NCBI GenBank assembly: GCA_965261595.1
Contig: CBDHDG010000007.1
Location: forward strand, 128,001 to 192,000
From: a bacterium
Lineage (GTDB): Bacteria > UBA8248 > JACPRG01 > G963555815
Length of the DNA: 64,000 nt
Reading direction: 5' to 3'
The notes below the pieces were generated by a model. The model was given only the letters and a program-made list of their open reading frames with translations, was not told the DNA's origin and made no database searches. Positions within the stretch are counted from its first letter, which is position 1, and the number at the start of each line of letters is the position of its first letter. This document shows positions 31,527-40,088 of this stretch, piece by piece. Both the position numbers and the translations under genes were made by a program.

Positions 31527-31795
31527 CCAGCCCGCTGTCGGAAGGCGGGCTGGAAGCCCGCCCTACCTTTCATTAGGCGATAGTGTGCTTTGCAAACTAT
31601 CGCAAAAACCGGCACATTGGCCGGATGCCGCAGCTGGCGAAGCCAGACGGGCATCCGGCCAAAGAACAAAGCCGCCAGGAGGCCGAGAACAACCGCCTCC
31701 GCCACCCCACACCCAGCAGGCCAAGCCTACGGCTTGGCCGTCAAAAGTTTTCGAGGGGGTCTGGGGGACAGTTTTCAAAATGTCCCCCAGGGTTT
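31527..31795. repeat. Composite palindromic intergenic repeat, copy B (with GTAG-type REP at 31544-31566)
   Basis: Same core as copy A; reverse complement GTAGGGCGGGCTTCCAGCCCGCC. Confidence 0.9.
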
Positions 31796-31805
31796 ATCCC
31801 ACCAT

Positions 31806-32558
31806 TCACCCCATCGCGATCCCGCCGTCGACGATGATGTTCTGCCCCGTCACGAAATCGCTATCCGAGGACGCCAGATAGATCATCGTCCCGACCAGGT
31901 CCTCGGGATACTGGTTGCGCTTGATGCAGCGCACCTTCACGTTGTCCTCATGACGCGACGCGGGGAGTCCATCGTTCGACGTGATATCCACATAACCGGG
32001 CGAGATGGAATTCACCGTAATCCCGTCCGGGCCGAGCTCGCGGGCCATGGCGCGGGTCATGCCGATCACCGCCGACTTGGACGCCGTGTAGTGGATGAAC
32101 GCCGGAATGCCCGTGTCATGGACAGCGGAGGCGATGTTGACGATCTTTCCCGACTTTTGTTCCTTCATCCGCCGGGCCGCGGCCTTGGTGACAACGACCT
32201 GGCCGAGGATGTTCACCTTCAGGACCCGGTCCCAGTCCTCGAGGGAGATGTCGAACATCGAGCCCCGCTCGATGGTCGCGTACAGGGCCGCGTTGTTCAA
32301 AAGGATATCCAGGCTTCCGAAGGCGTCCACCGTCTTCTTCACGGCGGCCTCCATCGCCGAGGGGTCCGTGATATCGCCTTCGATCCCGATGGCCTCCGCC
32401 CCGTCTTCCTTGAGCTGGTTGGCCGGCCCCTGGCAATCCAGGACGTCGTTGATGACCAACTTCGCGCCCTCCTTGGCCAGGCCCTGGGCGTACACCCAAC
32501 CGATGCCCTGGGCCCCGCCCGTAACGAAGGCGACTTTCCCTTCCACTCTTCCCGCCAT
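31806..32558 (-). CDS. Short-chain dehydrogenase/reductase (paralog 1)
   Basis: TGGAQGIG, NNAA, YTASK; 250 aa from ATG 32558 with GAGGAG SD. Confidence 0.93.
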   Translation of the reverse strand: MAGRVEGKVAFVTGGAQGIGWVYAQGLAKEGAKLVINDVLDCQGPANQLKEDGAEAIGIEGDITDPSAMEAAVKKTVDAFGSLDILLNNAALYATIERGSMFDISLEDWDRVLKVNILGQVVVTKAAARRMKEQKSGKIVNIASAVHDTGIPAFIHYTASKSAVIGMTRAMARELGPDGITVNSISPGYVDITSNDGLPASRHEDNVKVRCIKRNQYPEDLVGTMIYLASSDSDFVTGQNIIVDGGIAMG

Positions 32559-32661
32559 TTGCGTCATCTCCTCGCGATCAAAAAGAAAAAAAACCAAGCC
32601 GATCTCCCCGGCAACCCCGGCGACGTACAAACACGGGGGGGAGGGGGCGGCGAATCCCGTC

Positions 32662-33654
32662 TCAGCCGTACTTCTTTTTCAGGTGAGGCATGCACTCTAC
32701 AGCGAACAACTCCATGGAGTCCAGGACGGCCCGTTGGGGCATGTCGTGGAAGTGCATGCGGAAGATCAGGTGATTGACGCCCAGCGCGTCGACGAACTTT
32801 TCCAGGCCCTCGATGCACGTCTCGGGCGGGCCGATGATGAAGCGGTCCTTCATCAGCCCCTCGAACGTGACCTCGGCCTCGCCGGTGGGGGTCGTCGTAT
32901 GTCCCCACTGGATGTAATCATCTTTGTAGTTGTGATACAGGCGCTCTCGGGCGGCCGCTTCGGCCTCCTTGTCCACGGAGCAGAAACATTCCCGGATGAT
33001 GGGAAACTCCCGCCCCCGGAGCTCCTCGTCCCCCCCTCCGAGGGCGGTCTTGTAAAACCCGTAGGCCCGCTGGACTTTTTCCAGGTCGGCCGACGGGCCG
33101 GGGAACCAGGCGTCCGCCCACCGGGCCGCTCGGGCGCAGGCGGGCTCGGTCCAGCCGCCCATCCAGATGGGGGGCCGGGGCCGCTGGATGGGCTTCGGCA
33201 GAAGCCGCGCGTCTTGGAGCGAGAAATATTTCCCGTCATACGTCACCCGGTCCTCAGCCCAAAGCGCCCGGAGGATCCGCACCGACTCCTCCGTCCGCCC
33301 GCCCCGCTCCTTGATCGGGACATTGAACAGGCGGAACTCCTCCTCCCGGTAACCCACGCCCAGACCCACGACGCACCGGCCGCCGGAAATCACGTCCAGC
33401 ATCGTCGCGTCCTCGGCGATGTGAAATGGGTGGTAGAAAGGCGCGAGCAGAACGGCCGTCCCGAGCGTGACCGAATGGGTGTGCGCGGCCAACCCGGCCA
33501 AGGCCAGCCAGGGGGAGGGGTAGTATCCCGCCTCCACGCTGTGATGCTCGGAGATCCAGAGGGAGTCGTACCCCCATTCCTCCGCCTTCACCGATTGCTC
33601 GACGGTATCGGACCACCGGGCTTTTTCCTGACAGGGGACCAGACCGAATTTCAT
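32662..33654 (-). CDS. Luciferase-like (LLM) flavin- or F420-dependent oxidoreductase (paralog 2)
   Basis: GYDSLWISEHH, HPFHIAEDATMLDVISGGR, PKPIQRPRPPIWMGG. Confidence 0.92.
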   Translation of the reverse strand: MKFGLVPCQEKARWSDTVEQSVKAEEWGYDSLWISEHHSVEAGYYPSPWLALAGLAAHTHSVTLGTAVLLAPFYHPFHIAEDATMLDVISGGRCVVGLGVGYREEEFRLFNVPIKERGGRTEESVRILRALWAEDRVTYDGKYFSLQDARLLPKPIQRPRPPIWMGGWTEPACARAARWADAWFPGPSADLEKVQRAYGFYKTALGGGDEELRGREFPIIRECFCSVDKEAEAAARERLYHNYKDDYIQWGHTTTPTGEAEVTFEGLMKDRFIIGPPETCIEGLEKFVDALGVNHLIFRMHFHDMPQRAVLDSMELFAVECMPHLKKKYG

Positions 33655-33723
33655 CGCGTTCGGATTTCCTCCGGGAGAGCGCTTGGCCTCAAATTCTCAC
33701 AAACATTCAAATTGCTGATTAGA

Positions 33724-33776
33724 CTGGGGGGACATTTTGAAAACTTCACCGCGGTGGGGTGTGTCCCCCCAGGGTT
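33724..33776. repeat. Short palindromic end unit of the repeat family
   Basis: CTGGGGGGACATTTTGAAAAC...GTCCCCCCAGGGTT, near-identical to 30385-30430. Confidence 0.8.
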
Positions 33777-33790
33777 CTCGCCTCCCGTCC

Positions 33791-34783
33791 TCAGCCGTAC
33801 TTCTGATTCAGTTGGGGGATGCACTCCGCGGCGAACAGCTTCATCGAGTCCAGGACAGCTTGCTGGCGGATGTTGTGAAAGTGCATCCGGAAGATCAGGT
33901 GATTGACGCCCAGGGCGTCGATGAAGGTCTCAAGCCCCTCGATGCATTTCTCGGGCGGGCCGACGATGAAGCGGTCCTTCATCAGTCCTTCGAACGTGAC
34001 GTTCTTCTCGCCGGTCGAAGTCGTCTTGTGTCCCCAGCGAACATAGTCTTCCATGTACATGTGCCGGAGATGTTCGAGGGCCTCCTCTTCGGCGGCCTTG
34101 TCCTTACAGCAGAAAAGCTCCCGCATGATGGGGAACTCTTTGGAGCGGATCTCCTCGTCGGTCTCGCCGAGGGCGTTCTTGTAAAACCCGTAGGCCGCCT
34201 TCACCTTTTCCAGATCGGCCGTGGGGCCTGGGAACCAGGCGTCCGCCAGCCGGGCCGCGCGGTCGCAGGCCGGCTCCAGCCAGCCGCCGATCCAGAGAGG
34301 GGGGCGGGGCTTCTGGATGGGTTTCGGGAGAAGCCGCGCGTCGTTCACCTGGTAATGCTTCCCCTGAAAATTCACAGTGTCCTCGGCCCAGAGCGCCCGG
34401 ATGATCCGGGTGCTTTCCTCCATCCTCGCCCCGCGCTGCTTGACCGGGACGTTGAACAGATCGAATTCGGCCGCCCGGTAACCCACGCCCAGCCCCAGGA
34501 TGCACCGGCCGTTCGATATCACGTCCAGCATGGTGGCGTCTTCGGCGATGTGGAACGGGTGATGGAACGGGGCGATGAGAACGCTGGTCCCGAGCATGAC
34601 CGTCTTCGTGTGCGGGGCGATCCCCGCGAGGGCGAGCCAGGGAGAGGGATAATATCCCTCCTCCACGCTGTGGTGCTCCTGGAGCCAGAGGGAGTCGTAC
34701 CCCCATTCCTCCGCCTTCACGCATTGCTCGACGGTGTCGTCCCAGCGAACCATCTCCTGGCACGGCGAAAGACCGAATTTCAT
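33791..34783 (-). CDS. Luciferase-like (LLM) oxidoreductase (paralog 1)
   Basis: Same motifs and same length (330 aa) as its neighbour. Confidence 0.92.
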   Translation of the reverse strand: MKFGLSPCQEMVRWDDTVEQCVKAEEWGYDSLWLQEHHSVEEGYYPSPWLALAGIAPHTKTVMLGTSVLIAPFHHPFHIAEDATMLDVISNGRCILGLGVGYRAAEFDLFNVPVKQRGARMEESTRIIRALWAEDTVNFQGKHYQVNDARLLPKPIQKPRPPLWIGGWLEPACDRAARLADAWFPGPTADLEKVKAAYGFYKNALGETDEEIRSKEFPIMRELFCCKDKAAEEEALEHLRHMYMEDYVRWGHKTTSTGEKNVTFEGLMKDRFIVGPPEKCIEGLETFIDALGVNHLIFRMHFHNIRQQAVLDSMKLFAAECIPQLNQKYG

Positions 34784-34900
34784 GTCTCCAAGACTCCCGA
34801 CAGGAGGGTGAAGGGAACCGGGCCGGTTCGGAATTCTTCCGCGTCAGGGCGAGGCCGGCCCATGAGGTGCGTCCTCGGAGATGACGGATTTCCGTCCGCC

Positions 34901-35836
34901 TCACGTCCGGGCGGGAAGAAGCTCCATCGTTTCCAGGGCTTGACGAATGGCCTCCCGCTCCGCGTCGGAGACAGCCATCAGCGGCGGGCGCACCGTGGCG
35001 CGCTCGATGATGCCCTGCATGGCCAGGACCTCTTTCAGCCGGGCCCGGTAGTTCCGCACGGGCGGCCCGAAGGTGGCGTCCACAAGCGGCTGGATCTTCC
35101 GGCCGATCTCTTTGACCGTATTGAAGTCGTTCTCCATCGCGGCGTGGAAGGCTTCGACCTGAAGAGCGGTCGCCACCGTCCCGAATCCGATGAGGGCCCC
35201 CTTGGCGCCCAGGATGAAGGACTCGCAGATGAAGTTGTCGTTCCCCGTCAGGATAACGGGCGCCCTCGGGGCCGCGCCCAGGGCCGCCACCGTCCGGACG
35301 AACTTGAGGGCGTCGAAGGAGGCCTCCTTGACCGCCACAACGTTCTCGATCTCGCAGAGGCGCAGCAGGGTCTCGTCCTCGAACTCGACGCCGCCCAGGG
35401 CGTCCTGGAGCTGAAAGAGAATCATGGGCAGGTCCACGGCATCGGCGATGGCCGCGTGGTAGGCGTAGATCTGTTCTTTGTCCTGGGGCTTCCCCCGGAA
35501 GGCGGGGATGGGGAACATGAGCAAACCGTCCGCCCCAACGGCCTCGGCCTCCCGGGCCTGCTCGATGGCCGCCTCGGTGAACATGGCCGTGAGGCCGACG
35601 ATGACGGAAACGCGGCCGTCCACAATTTCGACGACCCTTTCCAGCACCCGGCGCTTCTCTTCGGGATAGAGGTGGGGGCCTTCCCCCGTATCCGCGTTGA
35701 CGGCGACGGCGCACACCCCCTGGCCGATGAGCCAGTCGTAGTAGCTCTTCATGGAGGCGGGGTCCATCTTGCAATCATCGGTCATGGGCAGGACCGTCGC
35801 CGGGATGATGCCGCGAACGTTCACCGGTTTCACCAT
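34901..35836 (-). CDS. DapA/NAL-family class I aldolase/dehydratase
   Basis: GIIPATVLP, NADTGEG, Schiff-base Lys in VAVKEAS. Confidence 0.88.
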   Translation of the reverse strand: MVKPVNVRGIIPATVLPMTDDCKMDPASMKSYYDWLIGQGVCAVAVNADTGEGPHLYPEEKRRVLERVVEIVDGRVSVIVGLTAMFTEAAIEQAREAEAVGADGLLMFPIPAFRGKPQDKEQIYAYHAAIADAVDLPMILFQLQDALGGVEFEDETLLRLCEIENVVAVKEASFDALKFVRTVAALGAAPRAPVILTGNDNFICESFILGAKGALIGFGTVATALQVEAFHAAMENDFNTVKEIGRKIQPLVDATFGPPVRNYRARLKEVLAMQGIIERATVRPPLMAVSDAEREAIRQALETMELLPART

Positions 35837-36146
35837 GCCTCACCTTCCTTCTCTTCGCCGACCCGCGCCTTCTTCACGGAGCAGGCCTCCAAGCCGGCGG
35901 ATTCATCCCAATCTTTTGATCAGCGTCATTTTACGTGAACGGTTCAGGGGGAAGCAACGATGGAGGCGGCGGGCCGTTCAAAACGGGGCCATCGGCAGCC
36001 GCCCGCCGAGCCGCTTCAGGCGTTCGCGGTGCGGCGCCCCCCTCCCCCTCCCCCTCACCCCCCGGCGCGCTTCCATCCCGTCCGGAGGACATTGAGGCCT
36101 CTCCCATGAGCCGGAGGCGGACGGACGCCGAAACCGGACCGGCCGG

Positions 36147-36545
36147 CTATTCTTCCGGATCCAATTCCAGGGACGCGGAATTGATGCAATACCTGAGTCC
36201 CGTCGGCTGGGGACCGTCCGGGAAGATGTGACCCAGGTGGGCGTCGCAGTTGTCGCACATCACCTCCACCCGCCGCATGCCGTAGCTGACGTCTTCCTCC
36301 TCCTTGACGATCTCATCGTTCACGGGCTGCCAAAAGCTCGGCCAGCCGGTGCCCGAATCGAACTTGTGATCGGTGTGAAAGAGCTTCGCCCCGCAGCACA
36401 CACACCGGTACGTCCCCTTGTCCTTGGCGTCCCAATACTTGCCGGAGAAAGCCGGCTCCGTGCCCTTTTCGCGTGTGACGTGATACTGCTCGGGCGTGAG
36501 CTGCGCCTGCCACTCGGCTTCGGTCTTCCGCGTCTTCTCGGCCAT
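36147..36545 (-). CDS. msrB: Peptide methionine-R-sulfoxide reductase
   Basis: [30 protein letters not shown], two CxxC. Confidence 0.97.
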   Translation of the reverse strand: MAEKTRKTEAEWQAQLTPEQYHVTREKGTEPAFSGKYWDAKDKGTYRCVCCGAKLFHTDHKFDSGTGWPSFWQPVNDEIVKEEEDVSYGMRRVEVMCDNCDAHLGHIFPDGPQPTGLRYCINSASLELDPEE

Positions 36546-36796
36546 TTCGGAAATTCCCTTTCCATTCAGTATGGATACTCATTCACTTTAGGGCTTCAGA
36601 ATAAGACAAAAACAATTTTCAAAAAAGTGCGCCGCTGGCGGCTGGTCCACCCCAAAACGGCCTTCCATCATCGGGCCGAGGGCCGTCGGGGTTGAGATCC
36701 TCCCCCGCTCCAAGTAAAAGGGGTGGGACGTAGCCGAACGCCCGGAACCCCGCGAACCACCGGCCCCCCATCCCACCGATCCGCCGAGGAAAGACC

Positions 36797-38464
36797 GTGA
36801 CGACCGACGAGCTGACCTACCTGAGCGTAACCGAGCTGGCCTCCCGCATCCGCAAAGGGGAGCTTTCCCCCGTGGAGATCACCGAGGCCTGCCTGGCCCG
36901 GATCGAGGCCCACGATGACAAGCTGAACGCTTTCATCACCGTGACCGCGGACAAAGCCCGCGAGGCCGCGAAACGGGCGGAGAAGGAAATCCGCGAGGGC
37001 CGCGGCCGGGGGACGTTTCACGGCATCCCCATCGCCCTGAAGGACCTCATCGAAGTCGAGGGCGTCCGGATGACGGCGGGATCGAAGATCCTGGAGAACC
37101 ACGTCGCACGGCGCACGGCGACCGTGGCCCGGCGGCTCGAAGAAGCGGGGGCCGTGCTCCTCGGCAAGACCAACTTGCAGGAGTTCGCCCGGGGGCCGAC
37201 GGGCGTGGACTCGCATTTCGGCGCCTCGTCCAACCCCTGGGACGTGACGCGCATCACGGGAGGGTCGAGCAGCGGCTCGGGCGGGGCCGTCGCGGGCGGG
37301 CTGGCCCCCGCGGCGCTGGGCTCCGACACGGGGGGCTCGGTCCGCATGCCGGCGGCCCTATGCGGGATCGTCGGCATCCGCCCGACCTACGGCCGGGTCA
37401 GCCGGTGGGGCGCGGTCCCCCTGGGGACGACGTACGACACGATCGGCCCCATGACCCGGTCCGTCGAGGACGCGGCCCGGATGCTCTCGGTCATCTCCGG
37501 CCGCGACCCCCTGGACCCCTCCACGGAAAACGAGCCGGTTCCGGACTATGCGGAATCCGTCGAAACCGGCCGGAACCGGGACCTGAAGGGCCTCCGCCTC
37601 GGCGTGCCCGTGAACTATTTCTTTCCGGGATTCGACGCCGAGGTGGAAGGGCTGGTCCGGGAGGCGATCCGGGTCCTGGAAGGACTCGGGGCGGAGGTGC
37701 GCGAGGTGGAGGTCCCCTTCGCCGAATACAGCGCCTCGACCTATCTGGGCGTGAACGGACCCGACGCGGGCCTTTATCATCTGCCCACCCTGAAGTCACG
37801 CAAGAAAGACTACATGAGACTGACGGCGGAGTTCTTCGAGCTGGGCCTGTTCGTTCCCGGCTGGCGGCATCTCCAAGGACAAAAGGCGCGGACCCTGTTC
37901 ATGCGGCAGACGGCGGAGTTGTTCCAACAGGTGGACGCCGTCGTGACGCCGGCGGTCCCCGTTCCCGCCCCCCCCATCGAGGACTCGGACGACTGGCGGA
38001 CCGTCATCCACTGCACCCTGCCGAATGGCGGGGTGGGGATTCCGGCCCTGTCGACGCCTTGCGGATTCACGCGGGCCGGGCTCCCGGCGGGTTTGCAGAT
38101 CGCCGGCCGGTGGTGGGAGGAGGGGATCCTGTTCCGGATCGCCGCGGCCTATGAAGCCGCGACCGATTGGGGCGCCCGCAGACCCGACTTCGAGAGATCC
38201 CCGAAACCGAATCACTTCGTGAACCCGAAAACCCCGCAGACGGCCAAACCGACCGAACCGGCGGATGCGGCCATGGGCCGGGAATCCGTCCGGGAATGGG
38301 CGGAGTCGATGGGACTGTCGGCGCCGGAAGACGAGCTGGACGCCCTGACGGGCCGGGTCGGCCGGATGTTCCGCTCCCTCCGCCGCCTGGATGAGCTTCC
38401 GCTGGATGACGTGGAGCCCGGCGTCATCTTCCGCGCGCCCGCCCGGGGCGAAGACCCGGTTTGA
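36797..38464 (+). CDS. Amidase-signature (GatA/AtzE-like) enzyme with C-terminal extension
   Basis: LKD, GKTNLQEF, GGSSSGS, GSDTGGSVRMPA Ser-cisSer-Lys triad. Confidence 0.9.
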   Translation: MTTDELTYLSVTELASRIRKGELSPVEITEACLARIEAHDDKLNAFITVTADKAREAAKRAEKEIREGRGRGTFHGIPIALKDLIEVEGVRMTAGSKILENHVARRTATVARRLEEAGAVLLGKTNLQEFARGPTGVDSHFGASSNPWDVTRITGGSSSGSGGAVAGGLAPAALGSDTGGSVRMPAALCGIVGIRPTYGRVSRWGAVPLGTTYDTIGPMTRSVEDAARMLSVISGRDPLDPSTENEPVPDYAESVETGRNRDLKGLRLGVPVNYFFPGFDAEVEGLVREAIRVLEGLGAEVREVEVPFAEYSASTYLGVNGPDAGLYHLPTLKSRKKDYMRLTAEFFELGLFVPGWRHLQGQKARTLFMRQTAELFQQVDAVVTPAVPVPAPPIEDSDDWRTVIHCTLPNGGVGIPALSTPCGFTRAGLPAGLQIAGRWWEEGILFRIAAAYEAATDWGARRPDFERSPKPNHFVNPKTPQTAKPTEPADAAMGRESVREWAESMGLSAPEDELDALTGRVGRMFRSLRRLDELPLDDVEPGVIFRAPARGEDPV

Positions 38465-38637
38465 AGTGAACCTTGGCGGGGGCGCTTGCGCGCCGGCCAA
38501 GCTGCGGTTGGAGGGGGGTGTGCTTATGACAACCCTCCCGGCGCGCGGATCTCCGATGGGCTAACGGGTAGGGGCGCGAATACGGAAAACCGACACCGAA
38601 TGTCCGCTCCCCTTCCCCCCGCTTGAACTTTCCCTCC

Positions 38638-39228
38638 TCACCGGAAGACCCTGCCCACGAACCGCGCCAAGGCCTCGGCGGCGCGATAGGGGATCTCCTC
38701 GGCGGCGGTCGGGGAAACGACGCCGGCCCCTCCGGTGGCCACGGCAAGCACCCGGACCCCGCCCAGAACCGCCCCCGTCCGGCCTTCCTCCAGCCGCCCT
38801 TCCACTTCAAGCAGGGACCCGCTCATCCCCTCGGTGGGCGCGACACCCACGACCACGATCCGGAAAATCAGGTCACCGGGTTGAACCGTCCGGACCTCCC
38901 GGAAGATTTTTTGCGAGGCGAGGATCTCGCGCAGCCTCCTCCACGCGGCCAAAGAGAACTTCCGCTCGTCCCAAACGGGGGCCGGGTTGAGGAACTGAAA
39001 CCGGGGAGCTTGAAGCGTGAGATTGCGATTCGCGGGGATCTTCCGGCGAATGGACTCGAAGACTTCGGCCGAAGGATCTTCGACGGGCTTCAGCACGCCG
39101 AAACCGCCAAGGAGGCGGCCTTCAGACGTCTGGGCGGCCGGGGGTGGACCGAGGAACGCGGAAGCCGCCATCCATCCCGCGAGCGCCATCCACGTCGGCC
39201 GGGGTTTCATTCCGGATTCTCCAGTCAT
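38638..39228 (-). CDS. Hypothetical exported protein
   Basis: N-terminal signal-like segment; fills the gap between genes. Confidence 0.55.
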   Translation of the reverse strand: MTGESGMKPRPTWMALAGWMAASAFLGPPPAAQTSEGRLLGGFGVLKPVEDPSAEVFESIRRKIPANRNLTLQAPRFQFLNPAPVWDERKFSLAAWRRLREILASQKIFREVRTVQPGDLIFRIVVVGVAPTEGMSGSLLEVEGRLEEGRTGAVLGGVRVLAVATGGAGVVSPTAAEEIPYRAAEALARFVGRVFR

Positions 39229-39296
39229 GGGGAAAGCGGGAACACCCGCTCCCGAACGAGATACGTTACACTATAAAATCGGTGGCGGGAGGAGCA

Positions 39297-39980
39297 ATGC
39301 GCATGCGTTATCACATCTCCGGACGCATCCGGCCGGAGGAGGAAGAGGCGCTCCTGGAAGATGTCCGGGACGGGACCGTCGGAGCGGGAACGATCTTCCA
39401 CGGCGGGATGATGGCCGGCCTGCGGGACGCCACGGTGGAGGAAGAGGATCGGGTGCATTTCGTCGAGGTGTGCTACTGCCTCGAATCCGGCCTGGACCCC
39501 ATGGCCATGGAGCTCCCTTATCTGGAGAGATGTCTCGACGCGATTGAGGTCCGGGACGCCAGAAGACGCAAGGCCTGCACGATGGAGTGCGAGGCGTGCG
39601 ACTGCACCCGGACCCTCCGGCTCCCGGGAGCCCCGCTGGCGGACCGGCTCGGGCTGGACGGAGACGGCCCGGAGGAGGACTACATCGACCCGGGCCGCAT
39701 TCCCCTGAACCGGAAGAAACAGAAAACCGGCCTCGCCGCCCTGCGGGAAGCCCTGGATGGCGGCGCGGAGGCCTTCGACGGGGGCGCGGCGGTGAAGGGC
39801 TTCTACGTCATCTTGTCGGATGGGGACGAATATTTCCGCGTGAAGGGGATTCCCGACACGCGGGAGGCCCACGCGCTGCTCCGCGCATGCGGCCTGAATG
39901 GTCTCGGGTCCGTGGAGGGCGCGCGCCGGTCGGCCCGGGGCTCTATCGCCGCGCGCGACGACAAGTCCAACGTGGTCTAG
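39297..39980 (+). CDS. Hypothetical Cys-rich protein
   Basis: GGAGGAG SD; CYC and CTMECEACDC motifs. Confidence 0.7.
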   Translation: MRMRYHISGRIRPEEEEALLEDVRDGTVGAGTIFHGGMMAGLRDATVEEEDRVHFVEVCYCLESGLDPMAMELPYLERCLDAIEVRDARRRKACTMECEACDCTRTLRLPGAPLADRLGLDGDGPEEDYIDPGRIPLNRKKQKTGLAALREALDGGAEAFDGGAAVKGFYVILSDGDEYFRVKGIPDTREAHALLRACGLNGLGSVEGARRSARGSIAARDDKSNVV

Positions 39981-40088
39981 GTATGAAAGGTTCGTTCAAT
40001 CAGAATATGGAGGCGTTGGCAAAGCCCCCGACACCGTTCCTCGGCCGGTTCTCTTATTTCCGGAGATTCCCTTGAAAACATCGATTCA

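Noticed and set aside
30380..31795. CRISPR array
   Set aside because: Repeats are long, dispersed, palindromic and separated by whole genes; no regular spacers and no cas genes
32095..35938. Long plus-strand ORFs (603 aa, 733 aa) and similar antisense ORFs elsewhere
   Set aside because: Shadow ORFs opposite well-supported genes, expected in high-GC DNA
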